Shown here: piece by piece, positions 47,488 to 59,591 of the stretch
Position numbering within the stretch: position 1 is the first letter of the stretch
Layout of the letters: every line of letters starts with the position of its first letter
Origin: Monocercomonoides exilis PA203
Lineage: Eukaryota > Protista > Preaxostyla
NCBI GenBank assembly: GCA_001643675.2
Contig: LSRY02000027.1
Span: forward strand, 806,001-870,000
Length of the DNA stretch: 64,000 nt
Reading direction: 5' to 3'
Translations under genes and position numbers: made by a program
The notes under the pieces: model-generated
The model's input: the letters and a program-made list of their open reading frames with translations, nothing else
Database searches by the model: none
What the model was told of the DNA's origin: nothing

Positions 47488-50400
47488 CTAGATAACTATA
47501 CGATTGTTCGTTATAGCAGCTGAATGAATGTCACTTTCTCTATTTTCTAAGTTTATTGCATCAGTCATTGTGAATACCATTGCACTTTGCGGAAACAGTT
47601 CCACAAACTCCCGCTTGATCTGTGCTAATGAGTGTCGATGCTCTGCATTCATGCTCATCGCTTTTTCAACCATTCCCTTCATTCGAGATTCACTGATTAT
47701 CTCCATCTTTGGCCTTTCTCCATTCACAATCTTCTGTCCAGCAATCTCTGCCTCATACTCCCCGAACGGGATCTTGAGCGTCAAGCACTCCCATAGCATC
47801 ATTCCAATCGAAAAGGCAACTGACTCCTTTGTTGCTCCCATCTTCTTGTTGATCAACAGCTCTGGTGCCTTCCACCTCATGCACTCTTTTTTGAAGTCAT
47901 CCTCATCTTCAAACGCAGATGAGGGCAGAGAGTCATCATCATCATCGCTGGCAGAAGTCACAACAGTTGATGAGGAGATGGAAGACGAGTCTGAATCATC
48001 ATCAGACAAGAAGTCTGAATGCATCACAATGCAGATGACCATGTGTTCAGAGAACAATACAATGTGGGGACTCAAATTGGCTAATGATTGAAGTGAATTT
48101 TCCATTTCATCAAAGGAGTGGAGAGCAAGGTTAGCCACCCAGAACAGGATTTGAGCAGCCGTTTGTTCTCTCTCCTTCAATGTGCCAATCGCCATCTCCT
48201 TCTTTTCATTCCTTCCATGCAACAACATGAACAGCGAATCCCTCAGATCCACAATGAGCTTCTCATGAGGCGAAGAACATGCCATTGCATCCACCAAGTT
48301 AGACATCGATGAGGTAGTTGGACACAAACTCTCCGATCGAACAAATGTTGAATCTGAATCAGTCGTTGAAGTGGTGGAAGTGGATGAAATGGATGGTGAT
48401 AAAGCTCTCTTTCTTGTCTCTTCTTCTTCTTTCTCATCCACTTTCTCCAACATCCATTGAGGTATTTTGTCTGAGTCTCTTCCCAGAATGTATTCAGTGG
48501 AACCACTCTCACTCAGCAAATGCTCTGATGACTCTGAATGTCCCAGGCTTTTCTCATACACCCTCTTCTTTATCCTCTCATCGTTCTTCTTCTCTGCTTC
48601 CTTCTCTGCTCTCATCCACTGCTCCTCAAGAGACATCTCCATCGTCGCCATCTCGAATGCCTTCGGATCCTTTTTAACATTGTCTTCCACTATTATCTCC
48701 AATTCTTCTGTTCGTCTCTTTTGCTTTCTCCATCTAACAATAAAGGCTATTGCGACGATGAGAACAATCAATAAAATCACAATCAACAAAACAATCACAA
48801 TCAATGCCCACGAAGATTTTCCTTCTTTCCCTCCTTCAACTAATCTTTCATCATCTTTTTGTTTTGTTTCGCTTGCATTCTTCAGTATGAATGACTGAGT
48901 TGATGAAGGAGATTCTGTATTCCCAAACAGAATGCATGCACTAATTTCAGTGTTTCCTGTTGTTGAAGCAAAGTCTGAAGATGGAATTGAGGAATGGATT
49001 TCATTTTCTGACACATAATCATCAATTCCAAAATTATATGTTTCAATATGTTCTTCATTTCCTGAACTAATTATTATTTGGAGAGAAAGATTGCAAGGAA
49101 GAAGAAGAGAACCAGCGAAGAACAATTCGATTTCATTTTCTGATTGTTGTGATCGAATTGAATGAAGAGAAGGAATGAAAAAAGGAGATGTCAAAATCGA
49201 TGGAATTCCGGACAGATTGCACCCATTATTCAGGATCCACAATGAAGAGCTGCTCGCTGCTTCATCACCTTTTTTCAAACTTTCCGCATCAATCTGCGCA
49301 GCATCTTCACAGAGAATATTTCTTCGGGCAGATTCAAAGAAAGGAATTGATGGCGAATTGTTTCTGAACTCCACATTTTTCAGTCGAATATCTCCACCTG
49401 ATGCTGATAATGCTCCAGATGGGGCATTGACGAATGAAGAGTTAACGTCTTCAACTGAGCAGCAAGTAATATCCACAATCGACGAGTTCCAGCTGCATAT
49501 TTCTGAAACAGTGGAAGATGAAATCTTGCTTCTTTGTGGATTGAGGCTTATGACATTTTCGGAATGAGCTGAAGCATTGTTGTCAAAAATATCAGCATGA
49601 TTTCTTTCATGAAGACAAACTTCGTTTTCTTTGTTTGATGCTCCATCAAATGTGCACGATTCCAGTTTGAGTTTTGGAAGCGATGAAAATGAAGCCAGTT
49701 GGCCTCTGTCACCAGACGATGAACACAAAGAGCAGCTACAGTTGAGCAAGTGAACTTCACATATTTGAGATGCAAAAGAGAAAATTGTTGATGAACTATC
49801 AGAGCTTGTGATATTTCTGAACGAAGAAAAAGACATATTTATCCGAACAAAAGGCTGTTTCTGTTCTGTTTGAACTGTGTTATTCACGGAAAAAACGCTT
49901 CCTTTCTTCAGTGTTATATTTCTGGCATCTATCCATTCGAGGGAGGAGTTTTTCTTTGGCTCCTCGAACACAAAGATAGAGTTCATGCAAGTGACAGCGT
50001 CAAGGCAAATGTGAGACAGCTCAGCGCTTGCCGTATCTATCACAAGAGGAGAGTGAAGCACAACTCGTCTGCATGAGAAATCTTGGATTTGGAGTTTTGC
50101 TGAATTCTTGCAGATGAAGCAGGTGTTTTTGCAGCTGGAGTCTTCCAGCTCGCATGACTGTAAAATTGCATCTGATGAATCGATGAGCAGGAGAGTGAAC
50201 GGGATGGAAGCCATTGAATCCTGTTGACTGTTTCGAACAGAATCAGCTTCAGAAAGCTTAAACGAACAACGAGTGAATTTAACTTCACCAGAGTTAAGAA
50301 AGAAGAAAGTTTGGTGAAGTGAGCAAAAGGATATTCCAAAGAAAAAGGACTGATATTCAATCCCAACATTTCCTGCGCAGCACATCAAGCTGTCTCGAGT

Positions 50401-53400
50401 GCAGTTGATATCAGAGTTGACGAGAAGAGATGTTATTGCTTTGGAGATACTGCGAATGCTGAGATCTTGGAGGTTGCATTCGCTGCTGATTGTGCTGCTT
50501 CCATTCACAACAATCCGACTTTCAAAAGACTGTGTCAGACGTTCCAGTCCATGATTCAGCGTGAGGCATGGCACAGTTGCTCGTCCGCAATTCTTCAGAA
50601 TTGTTCCTCCATGCAGCTCGTTGCCGATGAATATCAGATCGTTCCGATAACCCATGATGAGATCGATGATGTTCACATCTTCTTCATCTGATCCTCTGTG
50701 AATATTGGAACCGAAGATTGCATTTTTTGTATTATACGCAGGTTCTTCAACGTGGAATCTGAACTGTTTCTCGCTTATTTGTGTTTCAAGACTTGTGCAA
50801 CACACGAAAATGTCTCTCCCGCTCAACGCATCGTTCATATTGAATATGTCTTCCGTAAACTGAAATGATAATTCACCTTCACAATCGCAATTCAGATACG
50901 CCCCGCCTCCTTTTCCTCGTGGTGCTTTGCACAGCATGAAAATCGAGTCTTTGATTTCCAATTTCATTCCTTCGCAGTACTCTATGAACACGCAGCCTCC
51001 TTTCAACGAGTTTTGAGCTTCACAGCTGATGAAGTTAGAATTGTTCACAAGTATATCTGTTGACTTGAGCATTTTGTTGCTGAAGGAATTTGATGATGAA
51101 TTGACTGAAGATATTAAATTTTCTTTTGCAAGAGAAATCAATCCACAAGTTGAAGTTGTTTGTGTGTAATTCAGAGTCATTTCTGTAATATTCATTGTTG
51201 ATGATGAAGCAGTAAAAGCAGAACATCTTCCAAAAATCAATTTTGATGCTGAAACTCTATCAATGATGAGATTTCCTCCAGTTGCAGACAGAAGTGAATA
51301 AGTCAATTCGCAAGATATTTCTTCTTGCGCAGAGAGAAGAAATGAACATTTCCTGAGAGAAAGAGCGGAGAGATTGGACAAATCAAAAGAGGAGCGGATT
51401 AATGAAGATCGTTGGTTGAGAGAAGATGGAAGAACAAAAAAGATTCCACATATCGAAGTTGAAATAGAAACAAGCAGTAGTTCATCAGACTGCTTTTGTG
51501 ACATTCCATTCACGCTTATGGAAACGGGCAGATTCTCATCTCCAATCGCATATTCGTGATCTTCAAGATGCATTTCATGATCAAGAACAAATCCAGTTCC
51601 CAGCATTACCATTCTTTTCTGATCAGGAAAGCGCAATGCAACAGCTGCTTCAATTGTCTGGCAAGGACAATCATCGAAGCCACAGCCACTGAAATCTGTT
51701 CCTTCGCTCCCATTCACATGCGCTGCTCCGTTCCACTGACGGAGAAAACACACAAGAGGGATGATGTGTTCCAGACTTGCTGATCTATCTATTCCGCACA
51801 ACGCTGAAAGGTTGTTCAAGTCGAGAACAAAATTAAAAGTGTTTTTTCTCACAATTTCTTTCAAAACATTTCCATTAATGAATATGTCCGAACCCATCTG
51901 TGCATTGCACTCTTCAAATGAAACATTTGTCAACGAAATTGAGTGAGATGAATCAGAGAAATAAACATAAATCCCTCCTCCATATCCGCTTTGTCTGGTT
52001 TGTCCATTCTGTGCGTTCCGAGCTCTGCATTTTGAAAATTTTGTGCATTCTGTTCCGTTAACTTCAATTTTCCCTTCATCTTCCACGTTAATGCTCAATG
52101 CTCCACCATTTCCATCTTCACACACGCTTTCTTTCATTAAGCAATTTGATACAATTATCTTTCCTCCAGATGATAATGTTCCTTCAGCTATAGACCCGCC
52201 TCCATTTGCTCTTGTTAATTTGCTTGAGTTTGTTGAAATGATCTCCAATACGCATGTCTCTGCTTCCTGTTCAAAAGAAATTGCACAGCAACTGGAGAAT
52301 CTTACCTCAAACATTCTCACTTCTTCCAAAAGGGCATATCCTGCATTCACTTTGAACACACTTGAGTGAACTTCATTCTGCTCATCAACACAAGAAACAT
52401 CACATTTCTTCACTGTTGTTTTTCCATTTCCACTCATCACCAGAAAACAATTGGATGTACCATTGACTCCATCCATGTGCTTCAAGTGGAAGTTGTTAAT
52501 ATCCAAAGTGCCAGTTTCCACTGTGAAAACATTATTCCCTTCAAGTGATCTGATAATTGTTTCTTCTCTCGAAATGCCAGCTAAAGAAGCAAGTCCTGTG
52601 CCCACTTCAATTATTTCTTCGCAGAATTCACAGGAATCTGCAAGAATTGTGGTATTGGTGCTATTTGTGTTTCTGGAAAGAGAATATTTCAGAGTTCTGC
52701 AATAAGGCGCCAAACCACAGCCATCATGATTAATTCCTTCGCTGAAATGAGCTTTGATCTGAAAATCTGTTTGATAATTTGGAAGCCAATCGAATGGTTT
52801 TGAATCCTTGCATGTGTACCAGTTTTGTGTGATACATCGAACGACTCTTGTTCCTTGGGACAAAGAATAACATTCAACAAAATTATCTTTCGTTAAAGAG
52901 TTTAAACCAACGTGTGCTGTGATGTGAACATCCATTCCGCATTGTTGAGCTGCAGTGTTATTCTGGAACAAGCAAAATGAGCATTGAAATGTAATTATTT
53001 CGTTATCACTTTGTATCCCAAGTAAAATGCAAGGTGCAAATGTTTTAGCTGTATTATGTTGGAATAGGTTATTTGAGAGGATTATGCTGGAATTGATGTA
53101 ATATGTGTGAAATGCTCCAGTGTATTGTGTTCTACAATCACCTTTTTCAAAAAAATTCGATTGAAATAAATGAGATCCCTTCTGTAAATAACCCAACATT
53201 ATATGTCCCTTTCCATCTCCACTGTTATTTAAAAACAGCGTTGATTGAGTTGTTGATTGTGTGTTATTCATGTAATTAATAGCACCTGCTTGAATTGAGT
53301 GACAGTTCGTAAAAATGCAATGATCACACACAAATGAACCTTTTGTTGATTCAAAACTTACTGCTCCTCCATAATTTGTGGAATCGCATTTATCAAAATG

Positions 53401-54299
53401 ACAGTCTAATATTTTTAATGAAGCATTTTGCTCGCATTGAATGGCACCACCATTTCCCGAACTGTTGACAGAAAAGAAATCATTGGAAAACGAGTTGTTG
53501 CCCGATACGAAAGGTTGTTTTGTTGAATAGTTTGAGCTGCATTTGTCAAATGACGAATTGATGCAAATGAATGAAGATTGGGCTGGAGTGACTATCAATC
53601 CGTTGTATGGATTCATGCATTTCGCCATATTCGTTGAAGTTATTTCAATATTTTCAATCTCTTTTGAATTGTTGATTTGCTTTGAGCATGGAGAGGTGAG
53701 ATTGAAAAAGTTGCAGTTTGCGATTGACAAAGAAAAAGCATCCATCGAACACACAAATGGAGGAGAATCGATTCTCAACGATATGAATGAGGATTGAGAA
53801 AGAAATACCGATCCGCTGGGCTTCAAATTCAATTTTTCTTCTTGACCTGTGATAATTGGTGGACTGCTTGAAAAGTGCATGTTGGAGAAAAATGAAATAT
53901 TCTCCAAATGGAATAACCCACCTATCGATGAAAATGGAGAACATTCGGAACAGGAGCCAATGATGGAACACGATTTCAAAACTATAGCTGAAAATGGATC
54001 AATATGTGCAACAATGGAGTATGCTCCGAGCCTGAATTCAAGGGATTTCAGATGAATCGTACTGTTGATAATAATGAACGATTTGCACGTGTCAGAAGAA
54101 GACAAAATCGTGGAAGAATTGTTGAAACAGTCATATTTTCGAAAGATATTCTTTTTCTGAAATGGGCTTGCCTGTGATTTTTCTGAAAATTATTGTATAG
54201 CAGTTGGTTCATTCAAGTCTTCAGAGAAAATAAAAAAGGCAAACGAGCAAAGATTACAAAAGATACAGAATGAATAAAAGCAGCGAACAAAATCAGCAT
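47488..54299 (-). CDS. Third receptor-like paralog, C (~2,250 aa): 3-module ectodomain, TM, same pseudokinase tail
   Basis: Uninterrupted ORF 47488..54105, open upstream to ~54190. Predicted signal exon from ATG 54299 (MLILFAAFIHSVSFVIFA) joins in frame via a GTTTG..TTTTCAG intron at 54244-54183. TM WALIVIVLLIVILLIVLIVAIAFIV-RWRK; tail RWKAPE..SIGMMLWE. Confidence 0.85.
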
Positions 54300-54993
54300 C
54301 ACTGCAAGTTATCTGTTTTCAAGAATTAAAAAATTCTTCTCGTTCTGTTGTTTGTACTTCTTTTGATTTTTTTATATGCAGAATCAATCAAAATTTTAAG
54401 TCGAAAAGCCTTTGCTGCCAAATTTGATGAACCATAAACAATATTTCTTAATAAATAATTTGAAATTTTCAACAAATATTTTTTATTCTCATTTTTCTCC
54501 TTCTTTTTTTGCAAATGAAAATAATCATTTTTTGCTCATGAGAAATTAATCAAAAGGGCTTTCAATCTCAGAAAACTTGGCAAACAAGAGCAGTTATTAT
54601 TTTTTATTTTGTTTTATTTTATTTTGAAGAAAACAAAAAGTTCAACCATTGGATTGAAGTTGCTGATTTCACCATCGCATTTGTCGTCATGCCCGGAACA
54701 ATTGTGTTTGAAAAGTGAAAGGATAAAAGAAAGAAAATTGTTTGAAACGAATTTTGGCAAAACAAAATGAGGAAAAAATAAAGACAACAATTCATTTTAT
54801 AATAAAAATGAAATACCTTAAAGTTCATGTGAAAAGAAGCAAGTTGACCCATAATTTGAAATGAATGGAAATTATTTGTATGAACTTCTCACATATTTTT
54901 GCCACAAGCATCACTCAAGAAGAACCACCCACACCTTCTATTCGATTTGTTTCTCTTTCCTTCTTTGTTTTTCTGTTTTGGATGATTACCACC

Positions 54994-56313
54994 TCATTCT
55001 CTGACTTTTGCTTTTGGTGAGTTCTGGAATAACTCTTCAATCTCTTCTTGCTTCACTTCGCTGATCCTTTCCTCATCTCCCATCTCGCCATTTTCTCTCT
55101 CTTCGTCATCTTCCTCCTCCCTTTCCCCCTCCTTCTCTTTCTCCTTCTCCTTTTGCATCTCGTTTTCTTTCTCCTCTTCATCCTCCATCAAATCCAGTGC
55201 ATCTTCAAGAACCGAAAGGTCGATGATCAATTTCTTCCTTTTGATCAGCTTCTCTTCAATCTCCTTCAGAACTGCATCCACAAATACAATTCTCTGCTTT
55301 CTCGTCTTCTTCAGCCACAGCATAAGCAACGAATACACTTCCACTCCGTTCTTCACACACAAATGAATATCTGTCCCACAAAACAACGAAATCGTAATTG
55401 TCTCCACTGTGTCATCTGCCTCTTCATCCTCATCTTTCCCATTGCCCGCTTCTCCATCTCTTCCATGGATCCTCGCACCAGCCGCATTTCTTGCTTTATT
55501 CCCTTTCTTAGCAGTCCTTCCCGGAGAGCTTTTTCTTCCTTTCTTCTTCTTCTTCAGACCAGATGAAACCAAAGGTGATGCTGATGCTCTTGGTGTTACA
55601 GGAGACGAAGGTGAATTGACTGGGTTTGTTGATCTAACAGGTGTCGACAGAGGCTGTCTTGTTGATAAGGGTTTCGGTTTCGGTGTTGTTGGCATTGGAT
55701 CAGATGAATGAGATGCAAATGAAGAAGAAGAAGAAGATGATGATGATGATGATGATGATAGTAAAGACGAAGAAGAAGGCAATGCAATCACAGGCTTCCT
55801 CTTCTTGGCATTGGGGCTCTGATCAGCAAGCGACGGGATGAAAATCGACTCAAACACCATCTTCTTCTTGTCTTGTGCTTGTTGGGCTGATGGAGACAAG
55901 TTCAGCGACTGGAAGCGGGAAGGTGAAGAACGGATGCGTTTGGAAGGAGAAGCTGAGCGAGAAGGAGCTGAGGAGGAGGAAGAAGAAGAAGAAGAAGAAT
56001 ATGAGAGAGAATATGAATGGGAAATAGACAAGCGAGATGGAGATGAAGGGCGGGAAGGAAAAGGAGTGGAGGAAGGCGAATGCGAAGGAGAAAGAAAAAA
56101 TGAAGGAGAGGGTGAGTGAGAAGCAGAGGGAGAAACAGGCACAGACGGAGTTGGAGAATGAGTACCTTCACATTCTTCACAGACGCTCTGCCTGAGATTG
56201 AGGTTCTTGTCTTTGTGGAGCTTTGTGTCTTTGTCGACGAGATGGTCAAATTCAGACTCAATTTTGAGTTTTTCCTGTTTGTTTTCATTATCGCACTCAT
56301 TCTCTTCCACCAC
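54994..56313 (-). CDS. Exon of an unknown Ser/Pro-rich and acidic protein (probably multi-exon)
   Basis: 439-aa ORF with coding-like composition, bounded by AT-rich intron-like sequence; no recognisable domain. Confidence 0.55.
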   Translation of the reverse strand: MVEENECDNENKQEKLKIESEFDHLVDKDTKLHKDKNLNLRQSVCEECEGTHSPTPSVPVSPSASHSPSPSFFLSPSHSPSSTPFPSRPSSPSRLSISHSYSLSYSSSSSSSSSSAPSRSASPSKRIRSSPSRFQSLNLSPSAQQAQDKKKMVFESIFIPSLADQSPNAKKRKPVIALPSSSSLLSSSSSSSSSSSSSFASHSSDPMPTTPKPKPLSTRQPLSTPVRSTNPVNSPSSPVTPRASASPLVSSGLKKKKKGRKSSPGRTAKKGNKARNAAGARIHGRDGEAGNGKDEDEEADDTVETITISLFCGTDIHLCVKNGVEVYSLLMLWLKKTRKQRIVFVDAVLKEIEEKLIKRKKLIIDLSVLEDALDLMEDEEEKENEMQKEKEKEKEGEREEEDDEERENGEMGDEERISEVKQEEIEELFQNSPKAKVRE

Positions 56314-56999
56314 AGCTTCAGTTCTCTCTCTTGGTTTTTTTCATTTTTTCCGACAAAATGAAAAAAGATTCGGAAAAATAAAAAATAATGTCAATCATCT
56401 TATATATTGCATGAAGTTAATTTTCATGTCTTTTTCCATTTTAAATGAAAGCATTTGAAGATTTTGTTTGTCAATAATTGTTTTGAATGATCAATTTTTT
56501 AAAAATTCTACAGAGAATCAACAAATACTTTTGTTATCCTTTCCAACATATCTAGCAATATTATTTATCTTCTGTCATCTGATAATATCCAATGATAAAA
56601 AGAAAAAATTGAACACAAAAATTGAAAGAAACATTTCAATCCAAATTTCATCTCGGGAGTTCACTTCCAAAACTTCAAGCGATATCAGAAATTAATAAAC
56701 AATATCTAATTGCTACACTTATTTGCACATCAGTTGTTTTGACGCAAAATATACTCTTCATCTTTATAATGTTTGATCAATTATGCCATTAATAAACCTC
56801 ACATATTTTTATCATTCTTCTTGTTTGAAACAGCAATCAAAATAAAGAAAATAAAAAGATAGGTGCGATCACTGTTTTTTTCATGATGAATTGTGAATTT
56901 ATTTTCTCAATTTTCAAATATTGCTATATTAAATTTTCGACACAAACGTCGAAAATTTTGCTGTTTTCTGTTTGCAACATGTAAAGAAAGATACTGTTC

Positions 57000-58656
57000 A
57001 TGAATGACACTGAAAAGCTTCTGGGTTTGAAAACATTATTGCATATGAATTTTTTCTGATTGAAATTTTTTCTGACTTTTTTTGAAGTTTTATTTGAAGA
57101 ACTGAAACATTGCACCGACGATGAACAAAAGCCAAAAATTTCAGAAATGAACAAATTGATAGCAGAAATGGAGATAAATAAATTTGTTTTATTTTTCACT
57201 GAAGAAAAATTCAATGAAGTTGGCAGAATGGTTAAAGATAAGAAATTATCATTGGAAAATGCAATTCCACTGTTGAAGAAAATTGGATATAAGCAAGTGT
57301 TGAAAATTGTGATTAATTAGTGTTTTTCTGCCTCTCGATTGAACAAAATATTTGAGAAGTTAATTTTAGAAGAAGGGATGAAAAAAGAAAAAAATGAACG
57401 AAATCCTTTTGATTGATCTTTGCGAATGCTTTCTTCTATTGCATTTCAAATATCATTGCTTCCCAAAAAGTCTTGCAAACATCTTGGAGCCTTGTCTTCT
57501 GAAGGTGGCTTTGAGCAAGGAAAAAAGCAAAGAAGCACAAAAAAAAGTGGAGATATCGTTGATGGCTTTGAGTAATCTATTTTCAAGGGAAGTGTGAAAG
57601 AGTTATCATTGAAGCTCAATTTATTGATATTTTTGTTCTTTTTCAATAGAAAATGGAAGAAAATGTATATTCGAATGATATAAAAGAGATCATTGAATAT
57701 CATCAAAAGCAACGCAATCTGACTCGTCTGGCTTATCAATCAGCTTGGGAATATTTTTTAAATAGAAATTTATTTGTTGTAAAATTTGAAGATTTTTTAA
57801 TGAATGAACTTCATTATGCAAGAGAAGCAACGAGGGAAATGGAAGAGCTCATGGAATTGATCGACTGGAAGAGAAACGAAGATGTTATAAATGAAATGAA
57901 TGAGATAATGAGATGGTTATTTGCATTCGAAGAGTTATTTTACAACATCCAATCATGGAATGAAGAAATGGTTGAACTGATCCGCTGCAATGTCAGGCTG
58001 TTCAGAGTTGCAAGAGAGAATAAAAGAGAAATATGTGAAATTAGTGTTTCAAATTTTCGTGAAATTGCAGGTGAGAAGACTGAAAGCGGTGGAATTTTGC
58101 TGAAAAGTGGAGCTATTTATTTCGTTTTAGAGGAAATTCAACTGTTAACATTAACAAAAAAAATCACTTGTGATTCCTTGAGGTTCTTTTTGGAGCTTTC
58201 TAAAAAATTGAAAGGAAAAACGGAAACTGAAAAGAAGGGGGTGAAAAGAAAGGCAAACAAAAGAGAAGTGTTTGAAAAGTTGGAGGAAGTGGGATATGAA
58301 AACAGTTTAACAAGCTTTTTAAAAACATCAACTTTCACAAACGAAGTGTGTTACAAATTTTCATTTCATTTATCAGATTTTATTGTCTATATGGGAGAAT
58401 ATTTTTGTAATCATATTTTTTCATTCAATTATTTCTGTTTTATATTTTCTTTTTCATATCACTTTAAGAACACTGAAAAGAGAAAAGGATTTTTAAAGAC
58501 ATCGTCGTTTTTTATTCAAAAAAAACATTTGTCTAAAAAATAGTTCTGATAATTTTATGCATTTTTATACAAAATCTCTTCCCAGTGACAAGTAACCTTT
58601 GAAAAATCAACACACCGAAAAAAGTTCTGATTTCAAAAATAATTTCCCATATTTGA
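57000..58656 (+). pseudogene. Disrupted member of a helical Glu/Lys-rich hypothetical protein family (LFEELKHC..EQK.KI.EMN; IKEIIEYHQ..RNLTRLAYQSAW)
   Basis: ATG at 57000; in-frame intron 57025-57087; in-frame TAG at 57318; frameshift in an A-run at ~57390; probable intron ~57592-57649; ORF 57653..; MITE inserted just before the natural stop. Confidence 0.6.
58392..58649. mobile_element. 258-bp MITE, same family
   Basis: TA|TGGGAGAATATTTTTGTAATCATA ... TCTGATTTCAAAAATAATTTCCCA|TA; subterminal sequence similar to 33705-33758. Confidence 0.8.
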
Positions 58657-59059
58657 AAAAAAAAATCTGAAGCTAAAATTCTTTGAATGGAAAAACATAG
58701 AATATCTTTCAAAAAAAGACAATTTTATTAATGAAGATGACTCATCAAATAAGTGAAAAAACAAACCCAAACTGAATTTGATATGAGAATTTCACAAAGT
58801 TTGTTACAAATGGATTTTGCAGATTTGTTTGTTCTATTAAAAAATCTTCAGTATTTTTTGTTTTTTAATTGTTATTTATTTCCTCACACAACTTATTCAA
58901 TTCATTTTTTTCACTATTTTTTCAATCCTTCTCAATGAAAAAATAAATTAATTAAATAATAAAATAAAAAATAAAATAATTAAAAATTGGTAAATGTTCT
59001 CAAATTGGACGATATTTCTTCACTTTATAATTTTAATTTCATTCTTCTTTTGCGCGATT

Positions 59060-59172
59060 GTTTTTGACATCATAACTTTTTTCTGTATTGTTTTTTAAAA
59101 GATTGATTGTTTCCCCAAAGAAATTATGAATTCTTCAGAGATTTAACATGGGTGATTTTTTTTGAAATCATA
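59060..59172. mobile_element. Fragments of the same MITE family
   Basis: 59065-59130 resembles 36021-36090; TIR-like TGGGTGATTTTTTTTGAAATCATA at 59149. Confidence 0.5.
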
Positions 59173-59591
59173 AAAAAAGATCAAAAAAAGAAAATATAAA
59201 ATCTATTGTGGTATTTATTGATCAAAGAGGAAATTTTGTAATTCTGAGTATTCAGCTTTTAAAACTGTGATTTATATATGTTTTATTTATTTACATAAAA
59301 AAAACATACCTATTTGTTATTTTTTATGAAAATGAATTTTTTTATCAAGTTTAATAAAAATTAACAAAAAACAAATAAATGAAACTTCAAAAAGGAAAAT
59401 AGAAATATTATAATTGGAAAATCAAAACATTGTTAAGAGAAAGTTTATAAAGAAGAACAGAAAAGAAGATAAGAAAACAAAATTATCGAAATTAATTGAT
59501 CAAAATCAGTTAATTTTCTTTTTTGTTCTTTCCTTTGTATAGCAAACAAATCTCCATTCCTTTAATTCGGTTCAATAGCTTCATCAACCGT

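Noticed and set aside
57318-57320. TAG as a reassigned sense codon (as in some oxymonads)
   Set aside because: The long ORFs have no internal TAA/TAG and end in TAA, TAG or TGA; this gene also has a frameshift, so a pseudogene is more likely
3241-59172. Recurrent ~26-bp motif as a CRISPR repeat or promoter element
   Set aside because: Copies occur as inverted pairs ~260 bp apart with TA flanks, i.e. MITE TIRs, not a regularly spaced array
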